Shown: positions 1-9,940, counted from the stretch's first letter. The stretch: DNA of 64,000 nucleotides from Deferribacterales bacterium (GCA_050253075.1 JBFWJS010000003.1:373458-437457); one strand, 5' to 3'. Notes: a model not told the origin generated them from the sequence alone. Numbers and translations: made by a program.

Positions 1-657
1 CGTATGAACGACGAGCTGAAAGAGCTCTATGTTAAAAAGATAGACGGAGCACTCCGATTTAACCCGGGCGAGCTCTCCACACCGGAGCTGAAAGAGTTCC
101 TCGATAATATCAACCTGAGAGTGACAGAGACCCAGATAGTAGACATAAACCTCGACATGAGAAGGTTTATCGAGGCTATGGCGGATAAGATAACTAAGGG
201 CGTGATGGTGACCATCGACTACGGTTTCGAAGCGCCGATGCTCTATCAGTCTTACCGCAGAGACGGAACTGTCACATGCTATTATAACCACACACAGAAC
301 AACGACTTCTTCGACCGCATAGGCTATCAGGACCTTACAGCCTTTGTGGATTTCACATCTTTATCACTTTACGGCTCGCAGAAGGGGCTTATGCCTATGG
401 CTTTCATGCCTCAGTGGCTCTACCTTGTGCAGTCGGGCATTCTGGACGAGATAAACGAAGCGGACAACGACCTTACCAAAGCATCCATAAAGGCACTCAT
501 CATGCCTGACGGCGGTTTCGGTACTAATTTCCAAGCCTTTATTCAGGGGAAAGGGGTCGATATGCCTGCGGAGTTTAAATACGGCAAACCGGCAAAAGAT
601 ACCCTCGAACAGATGGCAAAGATGTTTGAAAAGCTGGAATCAGACCAGCCGTCTTAA
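1..657 (+). CDS. SAM-dependent methyltransferase, MidA/NDUFAF7 family (5'-truncated by window edge)
   Basis: IDYG, GT..CYY.H, G.QDLTA.VDF motifs; frame is open from base 1. Confidence 0.8.
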   Translation, partial: RMNDELKELYVKKIDGALRFNPGELSTPELKEFLDNINLRVTETQIVDINLDMRRFIEAMADKITKGVMVTIDYGFEAPMLYQSYRRDGTVTCYYNHTQNNDFFDRIGYQDLTAFVDFTSLSLYGSQKGLMPMAFMPQWLYLVQSGILDEINEADNDLTKASIKALIMPDGGFGTNFQAFIQGKGVDMPAEFKYGKPAKDTLEQMAKMFEKLESDQPS

Positions 658-793
658 GCACATATAATCAACACATTCATACTTTCCTGTCTGAAAAATC
701 TCATGATATCAGGCGAATAGCAAGAGCCGTCATAAGCGTGGAGGGTTGTGCTGCGTTCACAGTTCACAACTTTGATGCATGGCGCTGACCATC

Positions 794-809
794 TGGCACG
801 GGTAATGCT
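794..809 (+). promoter_or_regulatory. sigma54 -24/-12 promoter
   Basis: TGGCACG-GGTA-ATGCT with GG-N10-GC spacing, ~34 bp before ATG 843 with AGGAGG RBS. Confidence 0.7.
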
Positions 810-842
810 TATATACCTGAAAAGGAATATCAGGAGGAAAAA

Positions 843-1211
843 ATGTACATATCTACCTCGTATGATGCATCGGTATATACAGAGCTTGCGAATACCACCG
901 CATCATCCACATCTCAGAAGTCTCTTCTGGACTATATGAAAGATGACGATGAGAAATCCAACGGTATATCAGACACAGTGACACTCTCTTCCGAGGCTTA
1001 TGCAGCTATTTCAGAGAATAACCCCGAGCTGCTTTCTATACTCGGATATGAAGAAGAGGAAGATTCATCACTGCTCTCTAAATCGTCCGGCTCTTCGCTG
1101 GATAAGGTCGAGCTCTCCGCAGAGGCCTATGCCGTGCTGAAAGCTGAAAATCCTGAGGTTCTCGAGGCACTTGGCTATGATATTTCAGAAGACGGAGCCG
1201 AAGAGGCCTGA
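843..1211 (+). CDS. acidic orphan protein with two copies of a DxVxLSxEAYA...PE..L..LGY module
   Basis: 122 aa ORF, strong RBS, internal repeat. Confidence 0.75.
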   Translation: MYISTSYDASVYTELANTTASSTSQKSLLDYMKDDDEKSNGISDTVTLSSEAYAAISENNPELLSILGYEEEEDSSLLSKSSGSSLDKVELSAEAYAVLKAENPEVLEALGYDISEDGAEEA

Positions 1212-1236
1212 TAGTGAAAAATTTTCCGCAAAAGAT

Positions 1237-1252
1237 TGGCACGTACTATGCT
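1237..1252 (+). promoter_or_regulatory. sigma54 -24/-12 promoter
   Basis: TGGCACG-TACT-ATGCT with GG-N10-GC spacing, ~35 bp before ATG 1287. Confidence 0.7.
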
Positions 1253-1286
1253 TTTAAACCCGTGAAACCTGAAAAGGGGGAACGAA

Positions 1287-1754
1287 ATGATAATTAACGG
1301 TAATTATTACCAGCAGACAACAATCAGCACAGGAAACGAATCAGCGAACGAGATTGATTCTCCGCTTGTGTCACATATGAAAGAGAACATTCAGGCAGCA
1401 AAGAACGGCTCCGACAGTGTATCTCTTTCCGAAGAGGCTTACGCTGCTCTTAAAGAGTATGCGCCTGAGGCACTCTCCGCACTCGGTATCGATAGAGAAA
1501 ACCCTGTGATGGAGGAAGTGAAGCAGATAGCAAAGGAGAAATACTTCCATTTCGGATCAGAGTACATAACAGTACCTGAAACAAAGGAAGAGATGCTCTC
1601 TGCCCTCGATGTGGCTAACAGATACATGGATGCGCTGAACTCCATAACACCCGACGACATCTCCGAAGCGATAGCAAACGCTAACTACGAAGGTGCGGGA
1701 AGCTCGCTGGGTACTGTTGATATCTATAGTGCCAGAACATATTTAGAAGCTTAA
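1287..1754 (+). CDS. acidic orphan protein with one copy of the same module
   Basis: 155 aa ORF; DSVSLSEEAYAALKEYAPEALSALGI. Confidence 0.75.
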   Translation: MIINGNYYQQTTISTGNESANEIDSPLVSHMKENIQAAKNGSDSVSLSEEAYAALKEYAPEALSALGIDRENPVMEEVKQIAKEKYFHFGSEYITVPETKEEMLSALDVANRYMDALNSITPDDISEAIANANYEGAGSSLGTVDIYSARTYLEA

Positions 1755-1761
1755 ATTGTCA

Positions 1762-2361
1762 TTAGCTGTTTATAGATAGTTCCATTTCTTTGCTGAACAC
1801 GTACCTGACTGAGTGAGCGGTCAGGTCGTTCAGCATGGATATGTTGAACCTGTCGAACTTTGTCGCCATGAAGTGATTGTTCATGGCAAACCCTTCGAAC
1901 TGTATCCCCTCATTCTCAAGAAAATGCTTGTTCAGCATGGCGTGGTTTATGCACCCCAGCCTGTTCGGAACGACAACTATGCACGACAGCCCGCATTCTC
2001 TGGCGAGGTCATAGTTCATATAGTCGCTGTCCAGAGGAACCATCAGCCCGCCCGCACTCTCCACCACCAGATAGTCATAGCCTGATATAGCGTTGATTGC
2101 CTCCACAGTCTCTTCGAAAGGAAATTCCTCGAAAGCTATATACGGCGCAACAGGCGGTTCTGCCGTGTGGAGCACCTTATAGTCTGTGATGCCCGACATC
2201 TCTGCCACGGTCTTTGCATCGTCGTCGGCGGGGTAGCCTGTCTGTACGGGTTTGACATAGCACACCGTGTTGCCCTTCTCACGCAGTTCCTTACATAGGA
2301 GTCCGCTGAAATATGTCTTGCCTATCTCTGTGTCAGTGCCTGTTATGTATATCTTTTTCAT
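1762..2361 (-). CDS. bioD: dethiobiotin synthase
   Basis: ITGTDTEIGKT P-loop, KPVQTG, VESAGG, LGCINH. Confidence 0.95.
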   Translation of the reverse strand: MKKIYITGTDTEIGKTYFSGLLCKELREKGNTVCYVKPVQTGYPADDDAKTVAEMSGITDYKVLHTAEPPVAPYIAFEEFPFEETVEAINAISGYDYLVVESAGGLMVPLDSDYMNYDLARECGLSCIVVVPNRLGCINHAMLNKHFLENEGIQFEGFAMNNHFMATKFDRFNISMLNDLTAHSVRYVFSKEMELSINS

Positions 2362-3686
2362 TATAAAACCTCGTAAACGGATTCGTGGGCTATATCGACG
2401 AGCTTTATCATCTCGTCCTCTGTGATGATGTACGGCGTCATAAAGTATATTACATCGCCGAGGTTGCGCAGGTATGCGCCTTTTGTTATGGATTTACGGA
2501 ATATCTGAAACCCGGTGCGGTCTTTCCAGTCGAAGCTCTCTTTGGCCTTTACGTCTTTGACAAGCTGTACGGCGGATACGCATCCGAGGTGGCGCACCTC
2601 GCCCACATGGGGCTGTCCGACGAATTTTTTATCTATGTATTCCTGCATAACGGGGAATTTCTTTCTGTTTTCCTCTATGGTGTTCAGCTCTTTAAACATC
2701 TTCATGGTTTCATTCGCTACGGCGCACGCCAGCGGATTCCCCGTGAAGCTGTGGCTGTGGAGGAATGCTTTCAGCTTTGTATAGTCGTCGTAAAATGCGG
2801 AGTATATCTCATCCGTGGTGAGCACTGCTGACATAGGCAGATAGCCAGATGTCAGCCCCTTAGACACACATACGAAGTCCGGACGGACATCCGCCTGCTC
2901 GAGGGCAAACATAGTGCCCGTGCGGCCGAAGCCTGAGGCTATCTCGTCAAAGATGGTGTGGATGTCGTGGGCTTTCGCCGCTTCGCACAGCTTTTTCAGG
3001 TATATCGGCGGATACATCTTCATCCCGCCTGCGCATTGTATCAGGGGTTCTATGATGACTGCCGTTGCCTCGTGGGCGTGTTTTTCCATAGCACGCTCCA
3101 TATGCTCGAAGCACTCGGCGGAGCATTCATTTCTGTTTTTGCCGTATGGGCATCGGTAGCAGTCTGGGCCCTGCACACGGATGTTTTCTATCATTATCCC
3201 GCCGTAGAGCTCTGTATACAGCTCCTCTCCGCAGACGGAGAGTGCGCCGAGGGTCTCGCCGTGGTATCCCGCATCGAGATATATGTATCTGTTCTTTGAT
3301 TTGATGCCGTTGTTGTATCTGTATCCGTAGGACAGCTTCATGGCGGATTCCACTGCTGCGGAGCCTATATCGGCATAGAATACCTTTGTCAGATTTTCTG
3401 GGGTAACACTGAGGAGCTGTTCCGTCAGCTCGAGGGCGGGTGTGTGTGTTATTCCTGCGAATATGACGTGCTCCAGCTTGTCTAGCTGGTCTTTTATCGC
3501 ATTCTTCAGCCTCGGGTTGTTATGTCCGAAGATGTTCACCCACCAGCTTGATACTGCGTCTATGTATTCTGTGCCTTTGTCGTCGTAGAGGTATATCCCC
3601 TCGCCGCGCTCTATTTTTATTATCGGGTATGTTTCATGGTCTTTCATCTGTGTGCACGGGTGCCAGATGTTTGTCACAGGTTTCAT
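2361..3686 (-). CDS. bioA: adenosylmethionine-8-amino-7-oxononanoate transaminase
   Basis: IWHPCTQMK, SSWWVN, DEIASGFGRTG, SKGLTSGYLPM; coupled to bioD. Confidence 0.95.
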   Translation of the reverse strand: MKPVTNIWHPCTQMKDHETYPIIKIERGEGIYLYDDKGTEYIDAVSSWWVNIFGHNNPRLKNAIKDQLDKLEHVIFAGITHTPALELTEQLLSVTPENLTKVFYADIGSAAVESAMKLSYGYRYNNGIKSKNRYIYLDAGYHGETLGALSVCGEELYTELYGGIMIENIRVQGPDCYRCPYGKNRNECSAECFEHMERAMEKHAHEATAVIIEPLIQCAGGMKMYPPIYLKKLCEAAKAHDIHTIFDEIASGFGRTGTMFALEQADVRPDFVCVSKGLTSGYLPMSAVLTTDEIYSAFYDDYTKLKAFLHSHSFTGNPLACAVANETMKMFKELNTIEENRKKFPVMQEYIDKKFVGQPHVGEVRHLGCVSAVQLVKDVKAKESFDWKDRTGFQIFRKSITKGAYLRNLGDVIYFMTPYIITEDEMIKLVDIAHESVYEVL

Positions 3687-3702
3687 TTATGCCCTCTCAT
3701 AC

Positions 3703-3765
3703 GTCATTCTGAGGCTTCAGCCGAAGAATCTGCGAACACAGATACTTCACTTTGTTCAGTATGAC
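3703..3765. repeat. REP-like palindromic element
   Basis: GTCATTCTGAGGCTTCAGCCGAAGAATCT...AGATACTTCAC...TCAGTATGAC; similar to 61624-61706. Confidence 0.75.
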
Positions 3766-3834
3766 CTATCAAATTTCTTTGATTAGTTTATAGGTGATTA
3801 TTGACAGTTACAACCCCTCTGATATTATTTTTCT

Positions 3835-4992
3835 ATGAAAGATAAAATAGCAAAAGAACTGGAAAAGATAAAAGCGGAAAACCTTTACCGTGAAATGCCC
3901 GAAATGATAGAGGGCGCAGGTAAGTATATCAACATAGACGGGACGAAATATCTGAACCTGTCTTCGAACAACTATCTGGGGCTGTCCACTGTGGAGGGCG
4001 TGTGCAACGAGGCAGAAAACGCACTGAAAGCATACGGAACCACAAGCGGGGCATCAAGGATTGTCACCGGTAACTATAAGCTGTATGACGATCTCGAGCG
4101 CAAGACAGCCAGCTTTAAGAACCGTGAGAAAGCCCTCATCTTCAACAGCGGATACGCAGCGAACATAGCTGTCTATACATCCATATGCGGACGTGACACG
4201 CACGTCTTCTCCGATAAGCTGAACCATGCCAGCATCATAGACGGCATACAGCTCTCGGGCGCAAAGCATATAAGGTATAAGCACTGCGACATGGCAGACC
4301 TCGAATCACTGCTGGAAAAGCATAAAGACGTGAAAGAGAAGGTTATAGCCACCGACACCATTTTCAGCATGGACGGTGACGTATGCCCTCTGTATAAGAT
4401 AGTCTCCCTCGCCGAGAAATACGGTGCAATGACCATAATAGACGAAGCCCACGCCACAGGCGTCTTCGGACGGGGCAGGGGATACGCACACGAGATAGGC
4501 CTGGCGGATAAGGTCGATATCCATATGGGTACATTCAGCAAGGCTCTCGGCTCTTTTGGCGGATATGTCGCAGCGGACGAGCTCATCATAGACTTCCTGC
4601 GGAATAAGGCCAGGTCATTCATATACTCCACATCTCTCCCACCTGCGGTGGTAGGCGCATCCGTCGGTGCTCTGAAACATCTGGCGAAATATCCCGAAAT
4701 AGGCGGACGACTGCTCGATGCGGCGGAGGATCTGAGGTTTTTCCTTATGGATCTCGGCTTTGACACGGGTAGAAGCATGACGCAGATCATCCCCGTGATA
4801 CTCGGAGACAATAAACGTGCGCTGATAGCAAAGGAATACCTGATGGAGAAGGGGATGTATGTCGCCGCCATCAGACCGCCCACAGTGCCCGTAAACTCAG
4901 CGAGGCTTAGGCTGTCGCTCAGGCTGGATGTTCTGGATGAGATAGACAGGATAAAGCAGGCGTTCAGAGACATGAAAGGGGCGGGGATATGA
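3835..4992 (+). CDS. bioF: 8-amino-7-oxononanoate synthase
   Basis: SSNNYLGL, NHASIIDG, IDEAHATG, GTFSKALG, IRPPTVP. Confidence 0.95.
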   Translation: MKDKIAKELEKIKAENLYREMPEMIEGAGKYINIDGTKYLNLSSNNYLGLSTVEGVCNEAENALKAYGTTSGASRIVTGNYKLYDDLERKTASFKNREKALIFNSGYAANIAVYTSICGRDTHVFSDKLNHASIIDGIQLSGAKHIRYKHCDMADLESLLEKHKDVKEKVIATDTIFSMDGDVCPLYKIVSLAEKYGAMTIIDEAHATGVFGRGRGYAHEIGLADKVDIHMGTFSKALGSFGGYVAADELIIDFLRNKARSFIYSTSLPPAVVGASVGALKHLAKYPEIGGRLLDAAEDLRFFLMDLGFDTGRSMTQIIPVILGDNKRALIAKEYLMEKGMYVAAIRPPTVPVNSARLRLSLRLDVLDEIDRIKQAFRDMKGAGI

Positions 4993-5579
4993 GCAAAGAT
5001 ATATTCCTGTCGGGCTGGTGCGGATATCCCGAGCTTTTCGGTGATTTCGCAGAAGAGTTTGAGTTTGTGATACCTTTTATCACACATTCGCTCTCCGATG
5101 TAGGGGAACTGCTTCAGGAAGGCGGGCGAAACCTCTTCGGATGGTCCACAGGCGCATATATCATCCTCGATCAGAGACATAGACCGAATTTTGAAAACAT
5201 AGTTCTGGCAGCACCTTTTAAAAAATTTACGAAGTTTACCCCTGCGAAGGTTCTGGAAAAGATGGGGTTGAAATTTGCACAGTTTCCCGAAAAGGTCATA
5301 GAGGATTTCTTCAGCAGGTGCAAAAGCCCTATGACGCCTAGTTATGATTCGAGGCACTTTTATATCCTCATGCATCAGCTTAAATACCTCGCAAATACAG
5401 ATATCGAAGAGATAGAGTGGGACATGGGCTGTGTGACGCTCCTGCACGGCACAGACGACCTGATAGTCAGTGTCGAGGCTTCCCGTGATATAGAGTTCGA
5501 GACATCGTGCAGGCTTGTTGAGCTGGACGGAGTGGGGCACTATATCGGGCCAGAGATATTGAAACAGTATAAAATATGA
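4989..5579 (+). CDS. alpha/beta hydrolase, probable pimeloyl-ACP methyl ester esterase (BioH-like)
   Basis: GWSTG nucleophile elbow, HGTDD, GVGH; lies between bioF and bioC with 4-bp overlaps. Confidence 0.75.
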   Translation: MSKDIFLSGWCGYPELFGDFAEEFEFVIPFITHSLSDVGELLQEGGRNLFGWSTGAYIILDQRHRPNFENIVLAAPFKKFTKFTPAKVLEKMGLKFAQFPEKVIEDFFSRCKSPMTPSYDSRHFYILMHQLKYLANTDIEEIEWDMGCVTLLHGTDDLIVSVEASRDIEFETSCRLVELDGVGHYIGPEILKQYKI

Positions 5580-6304
5580 AAATACACATAAAACGCTCCT
5601 TTGACGCTTCGTGCTCTACATACGATGCATCCTGCGACATTCAGCGCATGGTCGCATCACACCTCTCGGAGAAGCTCTCCGCAGGGCACATGCGCATACT
5701 CGAAATAGGCACGGGGACGGGGATATACACGGACGAGCTCCGTGCGAAATATCCCGATGCGGAGATAACCTGCATAGACATCTCCCACGCACTGCTTCAG
5801 GGCGCAAAGGAGAAACACCCGGAGAATATATACATATGTGCCGATGGGGAGAATCTGCCTCTGAAGGGAGGGTACGACCTCATCACGGGCTCATCCACGC
5901 TCCAATGGTTTCAAAACCCGAAGGTGAGCATCCCGAATATGCTGAAACTGCTGAGAGACGGCGGTGAATTCGCCTTTTCTATATTTGCGAAGGGGACGTT
6001 CACCGAGATGGCTATCCTGAATAATATGACGGGATTCGGCTCTGTGTATGACCTGCGTCCTGGCGAAGAGTATAAGGGGATAGTGGAAGCGGAGTATGAG
6101 GCGAGGGAGTATGTACTCTTTTTCGACTCTGTGAAAGAATTCCTGAAAAAGCAGAAAGGAACAGGGGCGACATTCACAGGGGTGAAGAAATTTACATCCA
6201 AATCCTCTTATCAGAAATTTATGGAGCTATATCCCGAGCTTTTCGGCGAGGACGGGAAGATACCCGTCACCTATAATATATTCTATATGAACGGGAAAGT
6301 CTGA
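5576..6304 (+). CDS. bioC: malonyl-ACP O-methyltransferase
   Basis: F......YD....IQR, ILEIGTGTG, SSTLQW. Confidence 0.85.
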   Translation: MKIHIKRSFDASCSTYDASCDIQRMVASHLSEKLSAGHMRILEIGTGTGIYTDELRAKYPDAEITCIDISHALLQGAKEKHPENIYICADGENLPLKGGYDLITGSSTLQWFQNPKVSIPNMLKLLRDGGEFAFSIFAKGTFTEMAILNNMTGFGSVYDLRPGEEYKGIVEAEYEAREYVLFFDSVKEFLKKQKGTGATFTGVKKFTSKSSYQKFMELYPELFGEDGKIPVTYNIFYMNGKV

Positions 6305-6305
6305 G

Positions 6306-7133
6306 ATGCTCCCTATCGACAAGCCAAAATATGTAAGGCTGAGCACCCCTCTAGGGGATGTGGATATAATGCGTGCATGGTATGTGAAGCAGAATTTCTC
6401 TAAACACAGTCACGAAGGATACGGTCTGGGGGCTATACTCAGCGGGGCTATGGAGTTCAGCTATAGGGGTGAAAAGCTCATTGCCCATAAAGGCTGTGTA
6501 AACAGCGTTAATCCTGATGAACCCCACGACGGACACTCTTTTGATGAGTCATGCGGGTGGTGTTATTCCATGCTGTATTTCACCGAAGATGTTTTTCGAA
6601 ATATGTACAATGATATGACTGATAAATACCGCACGCCTTTCCTATCCTGCGGTGTGGTGCATGACACATCATTCGCAGAGAACATAACCTCTGCGGTATC
6701 GAATATCTTATCCGGTAAAGCTGACAGGCTGTATGCAGAGTCTGAGCTTATAAAGATACTCTCCGATGCTATAAAGAAGCACACAGACAAGAGCCCTGCC
6801 GACAAAAGCTATCACATGGGTTTGAAAATGCGTAGAGTTGAGGAATATATCAGGAGCAATCTGCACAGGCAGATAAGCATCTCAGAGCTGTCTGAGCTGG
6901 CGGGGATGAGTCCTTATCATTTTATACGTTCTTTTCGCAGAGACAGAGGCTTGGCTCCATACGAATTCTTATCAGTGAAGAGAGCAGAGCAGGCGAAGGA
7001 GCTTATACTAAGCGGAGCAAGGTTTGCAGACGCAGCCTCTTCATGCGGTTTTACTGATCAGAGCCATATGAACCGCTGGCTGAAGCGTATAATAGGCGTT
7101 ACTCCTAAAAATATGAGCAGTATTGTACTATAA
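6306..7133 (+). CDS. AraC family transcriptional regulator
   Basis: N-terminal cupin HSHEGY; C-terminal MSPYHFIRSF and GFTDQSHMNRW. Confidence 0.92.
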   Translation: MLPIDKPKYVRLSTPLGDVDIMRAWYVKQNFSKHSHEGYGLGAILSGAMEFSYRGEKLIAHKGCVNSVNPDEPHDGHSFDESCGWCYSMLYFTEDVFRNMYNDMTDKYRTPFLSCGVVHDTSFAENITSAVSNILSGKADRLYAESELIKILSDAIKKHTDKSPADKSYHMGLKMRRVEEYIRSNLHRQISISELSELAGMSPYHFIRSFRRDRGLAPYEFLSVKRAEQAKELILSGARFADAASSCGFTDQSHMNRWLKRIIGVTPKNMSSIVL

Positions 7134-7174
7134 TTTTCATCTTTCTCGGCTTATTGTTTCCATCGGAGGCAGAA

Positions 7175-8047
7175 ATGATTTATCACTTATCGCTGATACT
7201 GGGCATGATGATAGTGGGGACAACCGTAACGGTCGGCAAGGTCGTCGCAACGGGGATGCCTCAGTTCATCACCCTTTCCATACGTTTTTTCCTCGGCGGG
7301 CTGCTGCTATATGCTTTCATGAAGCTGGGCAGACATAAAGAGATAAAGCTGAGGGGGAAGAATCTTTTCTATGTGGTACTGCAGGCGGGGGATATATTTG
7401 TCTTTAATGTTCTGCTTCTGGCGGGGCTGAAGACTGTTTCTGCTGTGGATTCGGGCATTATAACGGGTACGCTCCCTGTCATCGTCCTTATACTTTCAGT
7501 TATACTTCTCAGCGAAAAGCTCACACTGCTGAAGACATCTGCCGTCTTTCTGGCGACATTCGGCGTGATAGTTATAAATATCTCAGGCTCTGATGCGGGG
7601 CTAGGTGAAAGCTCTGTCACGGGCAGTCTGCTTGTGCTCGGGGCTTTTGTGTTTGAGGGATTGTTCCTCATAATGCGGAAGCGTTTCACGGCGGAAGTGC
7701 CTACATTTCAGCTTTCAGCTTATATCGCCATAATAGTTTTTATATTTTTCCTCCCTTTCGGCATATATGAGGCCGCTCAGGGGAGGCTGGCGGAGATAAC
7801 CGTCAGCGGATATTTCGTCATTGCCTATTATGGGATGTTTGTGACGGCTGCTGCTTATATCCTCTGGTTTACGGGGATAAAGCATGTTTCGGGGATGTAT
7901 GCGTCGGTTTATACGGCGATAGTGCCTGTCAGCTCTGTGCTGATAAGCAGTCTGACGCTGGGCGAGGTTATCACACGTTCACATCTTTTAGGTATGGCAT
8001 TCGTTATGACGGCCATCGGCGTATTGGTATTCGACAGCAGAAAGTGA
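7175..8047 (+). CDS. DMT/EamA family transporter
   Basis: about 10 hydrophobic segments in duplicated halves; ATG 7175 follows GGAGG. Confidence 0.88.
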   Translation: MIYHLSLILGMMIVGTTVTVGKVVATGMPQFITLSIRFFLGGLLLYAFMKLGRHKEIKLRGKNLFYVVLQAGDIFVFNVLLLAGLKTVSAVDSGIITGTLPVIVLILSVILLSEKLTLLKTSAVFLATFGVIVINISGSDAGLGESSVTGSLLVLGAFVFEGLFLIMRKRFTAEVPTFQLSAYIAIIVFIFFLPFGIYEAAQGRLAEITVSGYFVIAYYGMFVTAAAYILWFTGIKHVSGMYASVYTAIVPVSSVLISSLTLGEVITRSHLLGMAFVMTAIGVLVFDSRK

Positions 8048-8977
8048 TCAGAAAATGATGAGATGGATGATGCCCCTGACCGTGATGCCTATGAAGGCAC
8101 CTATTATGGCGGGGCGTGCTATTGATGCCGTCTTTTCACCTGCTGTCATGAGCACGGCTATTCCGACCAGATCAAACGGGTTAATTATAAAGCCTGCTAT
8201 CCTGTTAAATTCCTGAACAGACATTATCCCGTCCCTCAGCATGTCGAATGTTATGCCCATCATGGCTGTACCGCCTGCGAGGAACTTTGTCGCTATCGGC
8301 AGTACGCTCACTCCTGAAATGCCTAACAGCCCGAGCATAGGGGAGAGCATATTCTCCAGCATTGAGATGGCGTTGATGTGTTTAAGGAAGTTTACGAGGC
8401 ATATAGCCAGTATCAGCAGAGGAATGCTCTTTATCACTATGTTGACAGCTTCCTGACCGCCTTTTATGACGGTATTCAGAGCGTTTCCGCTGTTTTCCTG
8501 TTTGATGTGTATGGCGTGTTCATATCCGCCCTCGCCGAGTGACCTTGCGAATATATAATATGTGAGTGTCGCCGAGATCAGTCCGCCTATTATGGAAGTA
8601 GTAAATATCACGGGGATATTCAGCCCGACAACAGCCATGGGGAATGTTACATTTGCCTGAGACATAGTGAGAACCATGGCAAAGACTGTTGCCACACGGC
8701 GTTTGTCTGTGCCGTCGGTCTCCATTATCACAAGGGTTGCCATTGGTGCGGCGAAGCTGACCAGTATTATCTGAAGTGCTGCAAATATTCCTATGCCGGG
8801 GATGCCGAACGGACGTACGAAAGGCGAGAGAACCTTTGCGGTGAATGCAAGTACGCCCTTTGCCTCTAACAGTTTCATAAAGCCCATCATCACAACCATC
8901 ACGGGGAGGAGGATGTAAAGGGCTATGTCTACGCCTGTTCTGCCTGAGGTCAGGATTATATCTATTATCGCTTCCAT
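8048..8977 (-). CDS. nucleoside-recognition (Gate) domain membrane protein
   Basis: polytopic; LSPF.RPFGIPG and duplicated LSPML..LGI Gate-like motifs. Confidence 0.7.
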   Translation of the reverse strand: MEAIIDIILTSGRTGVDIALYILLPVMVVMMGFMKLLEAKGVLAFTAKVLSPFVRPFGIPGIGIFAALQIILVSFAAPMATLVIMETDGTDKRRVATVFAMVLTMSQANVTFPMAVVGLNIPVIFTTSIIGGLISATLTYYIFARSLGEGGYEHAIHIKQENSGNALNTVIKGGQEAVNIVIKSIPLLILAICLVNFLKHINAISMLENMLSPMLGLLGISGVSVLPIATKFLAGGTAMMGITFDMLRDGIMSVQEFNRIAGFIINPFDLVGIAVLMTAGEKTASIARPAIIGAFIGITVRGIIHLIIF

Positions 8978-9014
8978 ATATGAGTATTACACACCGTCGG
9001 AAGGATTTACAGGC

Positions 9015-9749
9015 TTATTTGCCTCCGCATACGGGGCAGTCGGGGTTCTTTTTAAGTGTGGGTGTAATAGTGCGCATGGTGTTAAAATCTATGTGCATCA
9101 TCTTGCCCTTGATCGGCTTTCCGTGGCCTGTGAGTATCTTTACGGCTTCCACTGCGGCGAGTGAGCCTATTGTGCCCGAAACAGCACCTAAAACGCCGAA
9201 TCCGAGCTCTTCCCACCCTTCGACCTCTTCCTTTACAAAGCATCTGAGGCACGCTGTCTCATGGGGGAAGATATTAAATAAATATCCGCTCATATCGTCC
9301 ATGGCTGCTTCTATCATAGGTACGCCCAGCTTTACACAGGCGTTGTTCATAGCGACACGCTCTGGGAAGTTCGGCCTTGCAGATACGGCGACACCGCACC
9401 CTTTGATGAGCTCTTCTGCGTTTTCTTCATTGAGGCGCACATTGTGCATCTCGAGCTTTATGTCGGGGTTTATTTTAAGTATGTTTTCCACGGCTATTTC
9501 GACTCTGGGCTGTCCGACCTTATTTATATCCATCAGGTGCTGACGGTTCATGTTGCTTTCGGTCAGGTTGCCTGCGTGGGAGATTACCATGCGCCCGATG
9601 CCGGCAGATGCGAGGTATGCCGCTGTAGCACCGCCGAGGCCGCCAATCCCTCCGATGAAAACGGACGAGTTCTTCAGTATGTCCTGCTTTTCCCTGCCAA
9701 AGTCTTTCAGCATTATCTGACGTTTATATCTTTCGTAGTAGTCGTGCAT
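9015..9749 (-). CDS. ThiF/MoeB/HesA family adenylyltransferase (HesA-like)
   Basis: RYKRQ, GIGGLG, SNMNRQ, CLRC and CPVC zinc motifs. Confidence 0.88.
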   Translation of the reverse strand: MHDYYERYKRQIMLKDFGREKQDILKNSSVFIGGIGGLGGATAAYLASAGIGRMVISHAGNLTESNMNRQHLMDINKVGQPRVEIAVENILKINPDIKLEMHNVRLNEENAEELIKGCGVAVSARPNFPERVAMNNACVKLGVPMIEAAMDDMSGYLFNIFPHETACLRCFVKEEVEGWEELGFGVLGAVSGTIGSLAAVEAVKILTGHGKPIKGKMMHIDFNTMRTITPTLKKNPDCPVCGGK

Positions 9750-9775
9750 TTTGTAAATCTCCGAATAAATAGTAA

Positions 9776-9803
9776 AGATTCTTCGCCTATGGCTCAGAAT
9801 GAC
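9776..9803. repeat. REP-like element, right half only
   Basis: AGATTCTTCGCCTATGGCTCAGAATGAC. Confidence 0.65.
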
Positions 9804-9940
9804 CTTTATATATTAGGGCTTATAACGCTTTATTGGAAGGTTTTTTATAATAATGCAGCAGTATCGCTGTGAATCCTGAAAGGCTGTTGTTTTAGGACAT
9901 GAAGATGATTAGTAAGTATGTGGCGTATTTTATTATACGG

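Noticed and set aside
3764..3815. BirA operator in the bio divergent region
   Set aside because: Only ATCAAA-N4-TTTGAT and ACCTAT/ATAGGT repeats are present; no convincing TGTxAAC-N14/16-GTTxACA
4173..5540. 455-aa antisense ORF and similar long shadow ORFs (e.g. 31417-32241, 44146-44961)
   Set aside because: They lie opposite well-supported genes, have no motifs and are explained by codon bias
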